From Bacteroidota bacterium (GTDB lineage: Bacteria; Bacteroidota; Bacteroidia; AKYH767-A; OLB10): 64,000 nt of DNA. Under the pieces are notes generated by a model, which saw only the letters and a list, made by a program, of their open reading frames with translations, did no database searches and was not told where the DNA came from. The stretch spans positions 519 through 64,518 of the forward strand of contig JAHEKC010000005.1 of the NCBI GenBank assembly GCA_024638565.1, given 5' to 3'. Below, piece by piece: positions 38,849-48,655 of this stretch. Positions within the stretch are counted from its first letter, which is position 1; each line of letters starts with the position of its first letter. The translations under genes and the position numbers were made by a program.

Positions 38849-39448
38849 TCAAATGGATGATTGTTCCAATCGGAGGAGCCTGTACAACTCTTTCTTATCA
38901 TATTCCACCACGTCACCAGGCATCATACCCTGTGCGGACAACGATTCGATGGCTGTCCGCACCAGGCGCAGGGTGGGAAACCCCGCGGCACTTGTCATCT
39001 TACGCACCTGGCGGTGCTTGCCTTCGCGCAGCGTGATCTCCAGCCAGGAATCAGGGACAGTTTTCCGGAACCTGACCGGCGGGTGGCGGGGCGGTAGCCA
39101 GTCCGGGGCGCCCACGGGACGTGCCTGGCAGGGTGCTGTCCGGTAGTTTTTCCGGTTCACCCTGATATCCATGCCATTTTCAAGCAACCGCGTATGTTCC
39201 TTCGTGATGCGTCCTTCCACCTGTACATGGTATGAACGTGCATGGCCATGCGCCGGGTCCAGCAACAGGCTGTTCAGCGCGCTGTCGTTCGTGAGCACAA
39301 GCAGCCCTTCGCTGTCAGCATCCAGCCTGCCCACCGGGTAGACATCCTTCGGGAACCGATGCAGCGATGCCAGCGAGGGCCGGTCGCTGCCGGGCGAGAA
39401 TTGCGACAGCATCCTGTAGGGTTTGTAAATGACATAATACCTGTGCAT
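38849..39448 (-). CDS. rluE: RsuA/RluE-family rRNA pseudouridine synthase
   Basis: YKPY..LSQF, YPVGRLD.DSEGLL.LTND, PPVRFRK, EGKHRQVRKMT and GFPTLRLVR. Start placed at ATG 39448. Confidence 0.88.
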   Translation of the reverse strand: MHRYYVIYKPYRMLSQFSPGSDRPSLASLHRFPKDVYPVGRLDADSEGLLVLTNDSALNSLLLDPAHGHARSYHVQVEGRITKEHTRLLENGMDIRVNRKNYRTAPCQARPVGAPDWLPPRHPPVRFRKTVPDSWLEITLREGKHRQVRKMTSAAGFPTLRLVRTAIESLSAQGMMPGDVVEYDKKELYRLLRLEQSSI

Positions 39449-39449
39449 G

Positions 39450-39785
39450 CTACCGGCGTTTAAGCAGGGTGACCACCGCAAGCCCGAATGCGCAGATGAG
39501 GAGGCCCAGCGACTCGCGTGCCAGCTCCACCTCCGGCCGTCCTTCCATCGTACCCGCCACTCCCGAATAGGTGGCCGGCCACAGGATCACGGCCATGCTT
39601 AAATAAGCGGTAATGCCAAGCCATGCGAGGTATCGCGGAACCAGGTCGTAAACGGAGAGGCCGGTGAGCAATGCGGCAACCATGTAAGCCGAAGCCCATA
39701 TGACCGGGTCGGGGTCGTTGATTTGCAGGGCGGCAAATACCAGGAAGACGACGAAAAAGAAACAGGCAATTGCTTTCCTGTACAT
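39450..39785 (-). CDS. Transmembrane 220 family protein
   Basis: FAALQINDPDP.IW...Y and E.ARESLGL.I. Confidence 0.85.
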   Translation of the reverse strand: MYRKAIACFFFVVFLVFAALQINDPDPVIWASAYMVAALLTGLSVYDLVPRYLAWLGITAYLSMAVILWPATYSGVAGTMEGRPEVELARESLGLLICAFGLAVVTLLKRR

Positions 39786-39911
39786 ATAAATTCATTGCAC
39801 CTGCATACGGCCGTGGCCCCACGTGCAACGGGTGGCGGGCTTCTCCTGCACAGGTTCGCTATTCGAAAAAATCATGTAGGTTTGTAAAGATAACCATTCG
39901 CAATCCTGCTT

Positions 39912-41873
39912 GTGCGCCGCCTCCTTACGATCTTTCCGCTGATTGTCACCGCCGTGCTTGCCCACGGCCAGAGCATTCCCTTTACCATCGACCAATTTCC
40001 CGGGCAGGAGTTCTACCTGAAAAAGGCGCTGGATCACCTGACCCAGGGTGACGGCTTTTATTTCGACGAGGAGAATCCCTATTACAGGCAGGCACTGCCG
40101 CATTTCGAGCAGGCGAATGCATTTAACCCCAACAATGCGGACCTTAACTTCAAGCTTGGGGTTTGTTACCTGAAATCTAATAACAAGTTCAAGGCACGGC
40201 CGTTTTTCGAGAAGGCATATGCACTGGATACAGCGGTCGATGCCAGGATCCATTACCTTATAGGAAAGGGATACCATGTGAACGGGGAATGGGACCAGGC
40301 CATCGAAGCTTATGAACGGCATGGTACTCTTCAGCTGAGCCGCGAAGACCGGAAGGAAACCAACAAAAGACTGGAGGAGTGCCGGACAGGCAAGGTGCTG
40401 GTGGCCAATCCGGTGAAAGTGACGGTGGAGCTGCTTGACGACGTGATCAATTCCCCGTTTCCGGAATACGTCCCCCTGATCACGGCCGACGAATCAGTGC
40501 TTTATTTCACTTCGAAGCGGGAAGATACTTATGGAGGGGGCGTGGACCTGAAGAACGGGGAGTACTTCGAGGATATATACTTCAGCGAGAAGATAAACGG
40601 GAAATGGTCCAAGGCACGCAATGCCGGTCCGCCCCTGAATACGAAAACCCACGATGCCGGGGCAGGACTGTCGCCGGATGGCCATACCATGTTTATTTAC
40701 AAGGGTGACAAGGACAATGGCGATATCCTGGTTTCCTATTTGGTTGACGGCAAGTGGTCAAAGCCCGAAGGCCTGGGAAAAAATATCAATACCAAGTTCC
40801 ACGAGTCAGCCGCATGCGTCTCGCCCGACGGTAATACCCTGTATTTCGTATCGGACCGGCCCGGCGGCATCGGGCAGCGGGATATCTATACCAGTGAATT
40901 TGACATGGTGACTCGAAAATGGAAGCCAGCCGTGAATCTGGGCAGTGTCATCAATACGCCGTACGACGAGGAGGGGGTATTCATGCATCCTGACGGCAGG
41001 ACCTTGTATTTTTCCTCCAAGGGACCGGGCAACATCGGCGGGTACGATGTTTTTTATTCGGTAAAAACAGATGAGGGGTGGAGTACCCCTGTAAACATCG
41101 GGTATCCTGTCAGCACGCCTGATGACGACGTGTTTTTCACCGTTTCCGCCAGCGGTGAGCATGCCTATTACTCCTCCTTCAAGAAATCCGGAAAAGGGGA
41201 GAAGGATATCTACCTCGTGACTTTCGATCCCGGGACACGTAAGGCCGGTGAAATGGCTATCCTGAAGGGCACCATCCGCAATGATGCCAACGGGCAGCCC
41301 ATCACCGCGCGGATCGAGCTGATCGACCTCGACAAAAGCGAGCATATAGGGAACTTCTATTCCGACAGCCGGACGGGCAAGTACCTGCTTTCCCTGCCGG
41401 CCGGAAAGACTTACGGCGCCATCGCCTACGCGGACGGCTTCGTGTTCAAAGCCGAGAGGATGGAGATTCCCGATCATGCGGAATACCGCGAGATCAACGT
41501 GGACCTAAGGCTGCAGCCCATGGACGTTGGCCTGAACGTGGTGCTGACGGATGTCGTCTTCGAATCCGGAAAGGCCACCCTGTTGCCGGAATCAGAAAGA
41601 ATGCTGGACCGGCTGGTGAAGCTGATGGAGGAGAACGAGAAACTGGAAGTGGAGATTGGCGGGCATACCGACAATACCGGCGACGCCAATGCAAACCTGC
41701 AGCTTTCCGACAGGAGAGCCCAGTCGGTCGTCGACTACCTGGTGGCCCATGGGGTCAAAAAGCAGCGGCTGAAAGCGGTCGCCTACGGGCAATCCAGTCC
41801 CATTGCCTCCAACGAGACGCCCGAGGGACGTGAGAAGAACCGCCGCATCGAATTCCGGATCTCCGCCCGCTAA
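39912..41873 (+). CDS. OmpA family protein with TPR, PD40 and carboxypeptidase-regulatory-like domains (PorE-like architecture)
   Basis: TPR-like N-terminus, SPDG..LYF.S PD40 repeats, GHTDNTG...NLQLS.RRA and GREKNRRIEF; TAGGTTTG at 39877-39884. Confidence 0.9.
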   Translation: MRRLLTIFPLIVTAVLAHGQSIPFTIDQFPGQEFYLKKALDHLTQGDGFYFDEENPYYRQALPHFEQANAFNPNNADLNFKLGVCYLKSNNKFKARPFFEKAYALDTAVDARIHYLIGKGYHVNGEWDQAIEAYERHGTLQLSREDRKETNKRLEECRTGKVLVANPVKVTVELLDDVINSPFPEYVPLITADESVLYFTSKREDTYGGGVDLKNGEYFEDIYFSEKINGKWSKARNAGPPLNTKTHDAGAGLSPDGHTMFIYKGDKDNGDILVSYLVDGKWSKPEGLGKNINTKFHESAACVSPDGNTLYFVSDRPGGIGQRDIYTSEFDMVTRKWKPAVNLGSVINTPYDEEGVFMHPDGRTLYFSSKGPGNIGGYDVFYSVKTDEGWSTPVNIGYPVSTPDDDVFFTVSASGEHAYYSSFKKSGKGEKDIYLVTFDPGTRKAGEMAILKGTIRNDANGQPITARIELIDLDKSEHIGNFYSDSRTGKYLLSLPAGKTYGAIAYADGFVFKAERMEIPDHAEYREINVDLRLQPMDVGLNVVLTDVVFESGKATLLPESERMLDRLVKLMEENEKLEVEIGGHTDNTGDANANLQLSDRRAQSVVDYLVAHGVKKQRLKAVAYGQSSPIASNETPEGREKNRRIEFRISAR

Positions 41874-41898
41874 GGAATCATAATCCAATCTTTCCGAT

Positions 41899-42684
41899 AT
41901 GAAACCGATCAAATTCACCGTGCCGGTATGGTGCCTGGGGTTACTTTTCCTGTTCTCCTCCTGTTTCGAGATTACCGAGGAGTTCACCATCACGGACCAG
42001 GGCAGCGGCGATTACGCGATGAAGATCGACATGTACCGCATGATCGAAATGATCTCGGCGCTGGATGACAAGGGAAAGCTGGAGGAGGACGAGGATTTCA
42101 GGAATCTCACGGATACCACTGTCCTGTTTAACGACATCGTGGCGCAGTCCGAAAAGATGACCGAAGAGGAAAAGCGGCTGTTCGGCCCCGGCAGCATGCG
42201 CATGCGCATGCTGCTTGCGGAGAAGGATTTTTATTTCAGCTTCAGATTCCCCTTTGAAAATTCGTCAAACCTAACCCGGCTGTACCAGCTTACCCCGGGT
42301 GCCCTCGGACACATGGACTACGACAAGCTGAACGGCGGGGAAAACAAGGAAGGGAAAGACGATTCCTTCAAGGCTTCCCCTTCCTCTGAAATGGCATCAT
42401 CAAACCCATACTTTGAAGTTGTGGCCGGCAACGGTTTTTTCGAGAAGAAGCTGAAACAGGAAGAATGGAAAATACACCTCGAGAAAGACTCAACGGCGCT
42501 AAAAATGACGGAGCTGATGGAAGGCAGCTTCATGACCACTGTGGTGCACCTGCCTTCCAGGGTGAAGAAGTGCGACCACCCCTATGCGGAAATTTCCAGG
42601 GACCGGAAAACGGTCACATTCCGGTTCCCGTTCGGCGACTATGTTTCGAAGCCGGAGTTGCTGAGTTTTAGGATTGAATATTGA
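41899..42684 (+). CDS. Hypothetical lipoprotein
   Basis: Lipobox FSSC followed by FEITEEFTI...GSG. Confidence 0.75.
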   Translation: MKPIKFTVPVWCLGLLFLFSSCFEITEEFTITDQGSGDYAMKIDMYRMIEMISALDDKGKLEEDEDFRNLTDTTVLFNDIVAQSEKMTEEEKRLFGPGSMRMRMLLAEKDFYFSFRFPFENSSNLTRLYQLTPGALGHMDYDKLNGGENKEGKDDSFKASPSSEMASSNPYFEVVAGNGFFEKKLKQEEWKIHLEKDSTALKMTELMEGSFMTTVVHLPSRVKKCDHPYAEISRDRKTVTFRFPFGDYVSKPELLSFRIEY

Positions 42685-42924
42685 ATTAGGGATTTGGGAT
42701 GCAGGCTACGGGCGATGGGGCTTTTTGTTGAACTGTTGAATCGAGCTGGTAGCCAATGGAAGTTTAGAGCTTATGGTCTTAATTTTAGGATTTAGGGTGT
42801 AAAACTTACTTCAACCTTCAACCCTCAACAGGGAATCGATTTAATATTTAAAGCCGTCGTCTCATTCGAGCAAACTTCCCGATTAAACGCTACCCGGTTG
42901 TGTTTTGAAAACGACCCTTTAAAC

Positions 42925-44025
42925 ATGAAATTTTACATAAGCACGCTTTATATTATGCTCTGTGGCGGTTTGCTGTGCATGCATTTGCCTGCAACTGCAA
43001 CGCACATCATCGGGGCGGAACTGACCTACCGGTGCCTGGGCAATAATGTGTACGAGTTCAAAGTGAGGTACTACAAGGACTGCCAGAGCATCCCGTTCTA
43101 TCCTATGACGACCATCCAGCTGGAATCGACCGCTTGCGGGGAAAGCCTTTCCCTTCAGCTGCTGCCGGTGGCCGGGTCGCAGGACACGGCCAGCGCCCAC
43201 TGCACACCTGCCATGAACGGCTGCAACGGCGGTTTCATTACCGGCTTCGAATACCTTGAATACACGGGGATCGACACGCTGACCGTTTGCGCCGACTGGC
43301 AATTCACGTGGTTCGAATGCTGCAGGAATGCCGCCCCGACAAACGTCAGCATCATGGGACCGGAAATGCTGATCGTGCACGCCACCCTGGACAATACGAT
43401 TGGCTGCAATAACTCCCCGGAATGGAACGACGAAGCTTTGATCTTCGCCTGTGCCGACTCCCTGGCCACCTACGACCTGGGAAGCACGGACATGGACGGC
43501 GATTCTGTCGTGTATGGCTTTTACCATGCATTGGCCGATTTAAACGGGAGCCTGGTTCCATACACCCCACCTTTCGACCCGGCTTCCTTTTTAACGTCGC
43601 TTGTGCCCATCAGCCTGGATTCGAGCAGCGGGCTGCTCACCATGCATGCGGCGCCAGGCCCGGCCTTCGAGATCTCCATCATGGCCATGCGTGCGAACGA
43701 ATACCGCAACGGCAGCCTGATCGGCAGCATTGCACGGGACCATATGGTATTCACCATACCGGACCCGGTGGGTATCCAGGAGCAGGATCCTGGTGATGTA
43801 ACAGTTTATTCCGATCCGGCGAGAGGGATCGTCATTATACATGACGGAATAGAGGAAGGCACAGTATTATTGATCGATGTCCGCGGCAGGGAAGTGATGC
43901 GGGCTGAACCAGGCAAAGGGCAGACGGAGCTTTCAACCGTTCGATTGACGCCTGGTGTTTACATGGTGCGGGTTGAGTCAGGAGGGAAACGTTTCTTCAA
44001 AAGAATTCTTGTCGGGGGCAGGTAG
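42925..44025 (+). CDS. T9SS cargo protein (Cys-rich N-terminal domain, type A CTD)
   Basis: ATHIIGAELTYRCLG...YYKDC, CCRN, NNSP and D.DGDS..Y; CTD ...PGVYMVRV...KRILV. Confidence 0.82.
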   Translation: MKFYISTLYIMLCGGLLCMHLPATATHIIGAELTYRCLGNNVYEFKVRYYKDCQSIPFYPMTTIQLESTACGESLSLQLLPVAGSQDTASAHCTPAMNGCNGGFITGFEYLEYTGIDTLTVCADWQFTWFECCRNAAPTNVSIMGPEMLIVHATLDNTIGCNNSPEWNDEALIFACADSLATYDLGSTDMDGDSVVYGFYHALADLNGSLVPYTPPFDPASFLTSLVPISLDSSSGLLTMHAAPGPAFEISIMAMRANEYRNGSLIGSIARDHMVFTIPDPVGIQEQDPGDVTVYSDPARGIVIIHDGIEEGTVLLIDVRGREVMRAEPGKGQTELSTVRLTPGVYMVRVESGGKRFFKRILVGGR

Positions 44026-44097
44026 CAGGTTGGCACGGTGGTTAACATCACGGAGTTTGAAATTCTTGAACTATTGTCCGAATTAGTCCCGACAGGA

Positions 44098-44697
44098 CTA
44101 TAATCTCCGCACCAGCCACCATGCCACTCCCATATTCGGGATCCAGCACCACCAGGCCACGATGGTGTAGGCGGTTCCTAAATCACCGAACATCATCACC
44201 AGGACGGGCAGCCAAAGCCTTAGCATAACGGCGGCGAAACAGGCCGCATAACTGTAGGTCATGGCTTTCCTGTGTGCCGCAGTTCGCCCGGCGCGGATGT
44301 GCTGGTAGGCGCGGATGGTGGTGAAAAGCCAGAGGACACCCAGAATAAAAAAGCCCAGGCCGGGGATCCACCCGAAGTTGGCATAAAACGAAAGATAAAT
44401 GCCTGCCAGGCCGCTGAGCACAGCGGCTACCACGTACGTCTTTCCCAGGTTTCGGTGCAGGTTCAGGCGGCGTGCCCGGAGCTTTTTGCTGAACTGCGAC
44501 CAGCCGGTCAGCAGCGCCATGCCACCGAAAAAGATGTGCGTATTGAATGCGACCAGCCAGGCTGGATCGGACAACACATCCCGGGGCTTGCTTCCCAGGA
44601 AGCCGAACTCGGGCCCGGAGAAAAGGTAAAGTGCCGGGTATAAACCAATGGCAATCGCAAGGAAAGCGAAAAGAAACCAGGATATGTTCCGGATCAT
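44098..44697 (-). CDS. DUF2306 domain membrane protein
   Basis: HIFFGG.ALL.G..QF, HRNLGK.Y, HRKAM.YSY...FAAV.LRL and W.CWIPN. Confidence 0.85.
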   Translation of the reverse strand: MIRNISWFLFAFLAIAIGLYPALYLFSGPEFGFLGSKPRDVLSDPAWLVAFNTHIFFGGMALLTGWSQFSKKLRARRLNLHRNLGKTYVVAAVLSGLAGIYLSFYANFGWIPGLGFFILGVLWLFTTIRAYQHIRAGRTAAHRKAMTYSYAACFAAVMLRLWLPVLVMMFGDLGTAYTIVAWWCWIPNMGVAWWLVRRL

Positions 44698-44747
44698 GGC
44701 AGGCTAACGGCTCGCGTCAACCGGCATAAGGGGGCCGTCGGCGGGCA

Positions 44748-47315
44748 TCAGCCACACTTGGTATTCCCGCAGCTCTTGCACTTGAGGCAGCCTTCCTCGT
44801 ACACGAGCCCCTCGGGGTCCTTGCACTCGGGACAGACCTTGTCAACGGCCTTGGTGCCGTCAGGGATGAAGCGCTTGAGCGCCCGCTCCACACCGCTCTT
44901 CCAGGTGTTGATGGATTCGTCGAACAGGTTCAGGTTATGGATGAGATCCACCACGTGGGGCAGTGGCATGCCGTGCCGCAATACACCGGAAAGCAGCTTG
45001 GCATAGTTCCAGAATTCCTTGTCGAACGACCGTGACAGGCCCTCGATGGTCACCTTGTAGCCTTCCTTGTCGACATACTGAAAGTCATACCGCTTCATGT
45101 CGTCGCCGTTGCGGTTCTTTATGATCCAGCCGCGCTGTACCCATGCCGGCAGGTTGAACGAATCTTCCGATTTACCTGTAAAGACCTCGTATGGCCGGCC
45201 ATTGAGCACGCCCACGAAGGCGATCCATTTCTCATTGTCATTGGTGAACCTTACGATCTCGGCTTCCAGCACCTTCGGACGTTTGGGCGCCCGGCTTTCG
45301 ATGATGCGTGCCGGCTCGTCTTTCTTCTTGTCATCCGAGGTGACCAGCACGCCGCTCCGGGAGCCGTCGCGGTACACGGTAATGCCCTTGAGGCCCTGCT
45401 TCCAGGCTTCCAGGTAGATATCGCCCACCTTCTCCGCCGAAACGTCGGCCGGCAGGTTAATGGTGGAGCTGATGGAGTGGGTAACGTATTTCTGAACCGT
45501 ACTCTGGAGTTTAATGCGTTGCATCCAGTCGATCTCGCCGGCCGTGGCGCCATGGTAAGGGCTTTGGGTGATGTCTTCGCTGCCGGATTCCTGCATCCAT
45601 TGCTTGAGCTTCGGGTGGTACACATTGAATTCCTGCCACTTGTCGCCCAGCGCATCCACGAAGTCGACGCGGTTGTTCTTGTCGCTCGAATTCACCTTGC
45701 GGCGGCGTTTGTAGGACAGCATGTATACCGGTTCGATGCCGGATGAGGTCTGGGCGAGCAGGCTGAGCGTGCCGGTAGGTGCCACCGTGCTGAGGCTGAT
45801 ATTCCGCCGGCCGTACTTCATCATTCGGTCATGCGTCTCCGGCATTTCGTCCTTCATCATCTGCACGAAACCGGAAGCATTTTCGATGGCAGGGTCGAAG
45901 CCGCTGAAGGTGCCGCGTTCGATGGCCATGTCAATGCTGCTTTCAAATTCGGCACTGCACTTGGTCTTCATGATCCGCCTGATTTCCTCCAGGGCCTGTT
46001 CGGAATCAAACTTCATACCCAGCGCGGCAAGGGTATCTGCCAGCGCGGTGAAGCCGAGGCCGGTCCGGCGTCCTTTCCGTCCTGCTTCGGAGAGCAGTTT
46101 CCAGGTGCGCACCTCGTTCTCCTTGATGAAGCCCGGCTCCGGGTCATCCTCCACCTTGTGCAGGATGCGGTCAATGGCTTCCAGTTCAAGGTCCACGAGG
46201 TCGTCCATCAACCGCTGGGTTTCGTAAGCTGTCTCATAGAACAGGTCATAGTCGAACTGCGCCCGGTCGGTGAACGGATTCTTGACGAAACCGTAAAGGT
46301 TCATGGCGATAAGCCGGCAGCTGTCGCCGCCCTGCATGGCGATTTCCGAGCAGGGGTTCGTAGACAGGTTCCGGAAGCCCGGGTATATAGAGGAGGTGCT
46401 GTAATCATGCTGGCGGTCCCAGAAGATCAGCCCGGGTTCTGCAGTTTTATGGGCACAGGATATAATGGTATTCCACAGCTCGCGTGCGTTGGCCTCCTGT
46501 GTGAACTCAGGCTCCTCGGCTTCGATGGGCCAGCGTAACATGAACGGCTTGTCGTCCTTTACGGCCTCCATGAATTCGTCCGACAGCCGGATGGAGATAT
46601 TGGCACCGGTAACCTTGCTCAGGTTCTGCTTTATGGTGACGAAGTCCTCTATGTCCGGGTGTGCCACGTCCATGGTCATCATGAGCGCTCCACGGCGGCC
46701 GTTCTGCGCCACCTCGCGGGTGGTATTCGAAAAGCGTTCCATGAATGACACGGCCCCGGAGGTCGTGCCCGCTGCATTGGCCACGTGAGCGCCGGAAGGC
46801 CGCAGGGAACTAAGGTCAATGCCCACGCCGCATCGGCGCTTGAACAGTTGGGCCATCTGCTGGTCGGTGAAGAAGATGCCGCCGTAACTGTCATGGATCT
46901 CCGGAAGGACCACGCAGTTGGAAAGGGAGGCAATCACGTAGGGATTGCCCAGCCCGTACATGACGCTGCCCTGCGGGATGACGTACCTGAATTTCTTGAA
47001 GTAGGTGTAAATCTTGTCGGCCGTCAGCGCTTCCCGCTTCTGGCCGTAGGAAGACCGGTACCTGGCCGAACCATTCATGTTGCTGGCCTGCTCGTATTTC
47101 TCCTCCACCCGTGCAAACTCCACTGCCATGCGGCGGTGCATGTTATCCGGCGTCTTTTCAAGGAAACGTCCCTGCGTATCACGGAGGGCGTACTTATTCA
47201 TCCACGTGGATGCCGCCAGGTCGTCCCCTTCAAAATAGGTGAGACTTGCCGCATGTACTTCCTCGTACGTGTAGATCGTTCCGATGGCTTTCAGGGGGAT
47301 TTCTTCTACTGTCAT
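44748..47315 (-). CDS. nrdJ: Adenosylcobalamin-dependent (class II) ribonucleotide reductase
   Basis: SLSNC, RRGALM, TNPCSEI, TVAPTGTLS, SSGIEP, KGITVYRDGSR and a C-terminal Cys cluster; no nrdB nearby. Confidence 0.92.
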   Translation of the reverse strand: MTVEEIPLKAIGTIYTYEEVHAASLTYFEGDDLAASTWMNKYALRDTQGRFLEKTPDNMHRRMAVEFARVEEKYEQASNMNGSARYRSSYGQKREALTADKIYTYFKKFRYVIPQGSVMYGLGNPYVIASLSNCVVLPEIHDSYGGIFFTDQQMAQLFKRRCGVGIDLSSLRPSGAHVANAAGTTSGAVSFMERFSNTTREVAQNGRRGALMMTMDVAHPDIEDFVTIKQNLSKVTGANISIRLSDEFMEAVKDDKPFMLRWPIEAEEPEFTQEANARELWNTIISCAHKTAEPGLIFWDRQHDYSTSSIYPGFRNLSTNPCSEIAMQGGDSCRLIAMNLYGFVKNPFTDRAQFDYDLFYETAYETQRLMDDLVDLELEAIDRILHKVEDDPEPGFIKENEVRTWKLLSEAGRKGRRTGLGFTALADTLAALGMKFDSEQALEEIRRIMKTKCSAEFESSIDMAIERGTFSGFDPAIENASGFVQMMKDEMPETHDRMMKYGRRNISLSTVAPTGTLSLLAQTSSGIEPVYMLSYKRRRKVNSSDKNNRVDFVDALGDKWQEFNVYHPKLKQWMQESGSEDITQSPYHGATAGEIDWMQRIKLQSTVQKYVTHSISSTINLPADVSAEKVGDIYLEAWKQGLKGITVYRDGSRSGVLVTSDDKKKDEPARIIESRAPKRPKVLEAEIVRFTNDNEKWIAFVGVLNGRPYEVFTGKSEDSFNLPAWVQRGWIIKNRNGDDMKRYDFQYVDKEGYKVTIEGLSRSFDKEFWNYAKLLSGVLRHGMPLPHVVDLIHNLNLFDESINTWKSGVERALKRFIPDGTKAVDKVCPECKDPEGLVYEEGCLKCKSCGNTKCG

Positions 47316-47526
47316 ACAGGCTTAGGTCATTAATAAAGTTAGGCAATGTCAGGTAAAAGTGAAAGGATCGTAAAGGTAATTTTTACCCCAGCGGCGAACA
47401 AGGAGAATTTAAAAAGTGAGGCTCAAGTTATTAACCAAAAATTGGTCAATACTTTTTTTTCTCACCCTGGTCAGCCGGAGCCCTTGATCCATGCAGGTTT
47501 CACGGGGTGGCGTGTTTCGTGTGGCG

Positions 47527-48462
47527 CTAAAGTCCGAGCCCTGCCACCTTTTCGGCGAGCACACGTGAAATTTTTTCGTAGGACTGCATGCTCCAGCCGG
47601 CAATGTGCGGGGAAAGGATTACCCGTTCCGAAGCCACAAGTTGTTCGAAGGTCCCTGCGTCCGCCGGGCCGGTATTTTCGAAGGAGGAATCCTCGAAGTC
47701 GAATACGTCCAGGCATGCGCCGGAGACCGTGCCGTCGGACAGGGCCCCGAGCAGGGCGGTGGTTTTTACGACCCTGCCGCGGGAGGTGTTGATGAGCACG
47801 GGCTTCCTTGCCAGGCTGCCCAGGAAATCCCGGTCGACCATAAATTCGGTTTCAGGGGTCAGCGGTACGTGCAGGCTGATCACGTCGCAGGCGGCCGCCA
47901 GTTCATCCATCCCCGCCTGCCGGACCCGGGCCTTACGGCCGATGGTCTTATACGGATCGCAGGCCAGCACTTCCACCTCGAAGCCTGCCAGTTTGCGGGT
48001 GAAGGCGCTACCGGTATGCCCGAACCCGATGATGCCTACTGTCTTCCCGTCCAGCTCCCGGCCCCGGTTGGACTCGCGGTTCCATTGACCCCGCCGCACC
48101 TCACGGTCTGCGCGGTGCAGGTTGTTGAGCAGGGCCAGCAGCATACCCAGGGCATGCTCGGCCACGGCATTCCGGTTTCCCTCCGGGGCGTTCACCACCC
48201 GGATGCCAAGTCGCCGTGCGGCCTCCATGTCGATTTGCTCGAGCCCGGCACCGGCGCGGGCCACGAACTTCAGGCCTTCCATGGCCTCCAGGAAAGGTTC
48301 ATCTACGGGGAAGCGGCTCCTGATGGCCATGCCGGCATAACCGCCCCGCTGGTGCATGATCTCATCGCGCGAAAGCTTGGTGCCATCCACACAGGTGTAC
48401 CCGTGCCTGGCAACAAGCGTATTAAAAACAGGATGGATGGTATCTGCCAGCAGGATTTCCAC
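47527..48462 (-). CDS. D-2-hydroxyacid dehydrogenase (SerA-like, no ACT domain)
   Basis: RAGAGLE.ID, NAPEGNRNAVAEH, GFGHTG, INTSRG and SPHIAGWS. Confidence 0.88.
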   Translation of the reverse strand: MEILLADTIHPVFNTLVARHGYTCVDGTKLSRDEIMHQRGGYAGMAIRSRFPVDEPFLEAMEGLKFVARAGAGLEQIDMEAARRLGIRVVNAPEGNRNAVAEHALGMLLALLNNLHRADREVRRGQWNRESNRGRELDGKTVGIIGFGHTGSAFTRKLAGFEVEVLACDPYKTIGRKARVRQAGMDELAAACDVISLHVPLTPETEFMVDRDFLGSLARKPVLINTSRGRVVKTTALLGALSDGTVSGACLDVFDFEDSSFENTGPADAGTFEQLVASERVILSPHIAGWSMQSYEKISRVLAEKVAGLGL

Positions 48463-48655
48463 GGAAGACGAAATTAGGCAATCTGTTCGGGTGTTTCATG
48501 CTGTCCGTTAGGGCTGCGTTTTACATTGCAGCCTGGCACCCTGGCGTAAAATTTTTTTGTGCGGGAAAATCAATTGTTGCACGCAGTGACGCAAAGTCAC
48601 AAAGGCTGCAGGTAATAACTGCCACTGCCGCTTTTTCGAAGCACACCGCAAGTCC

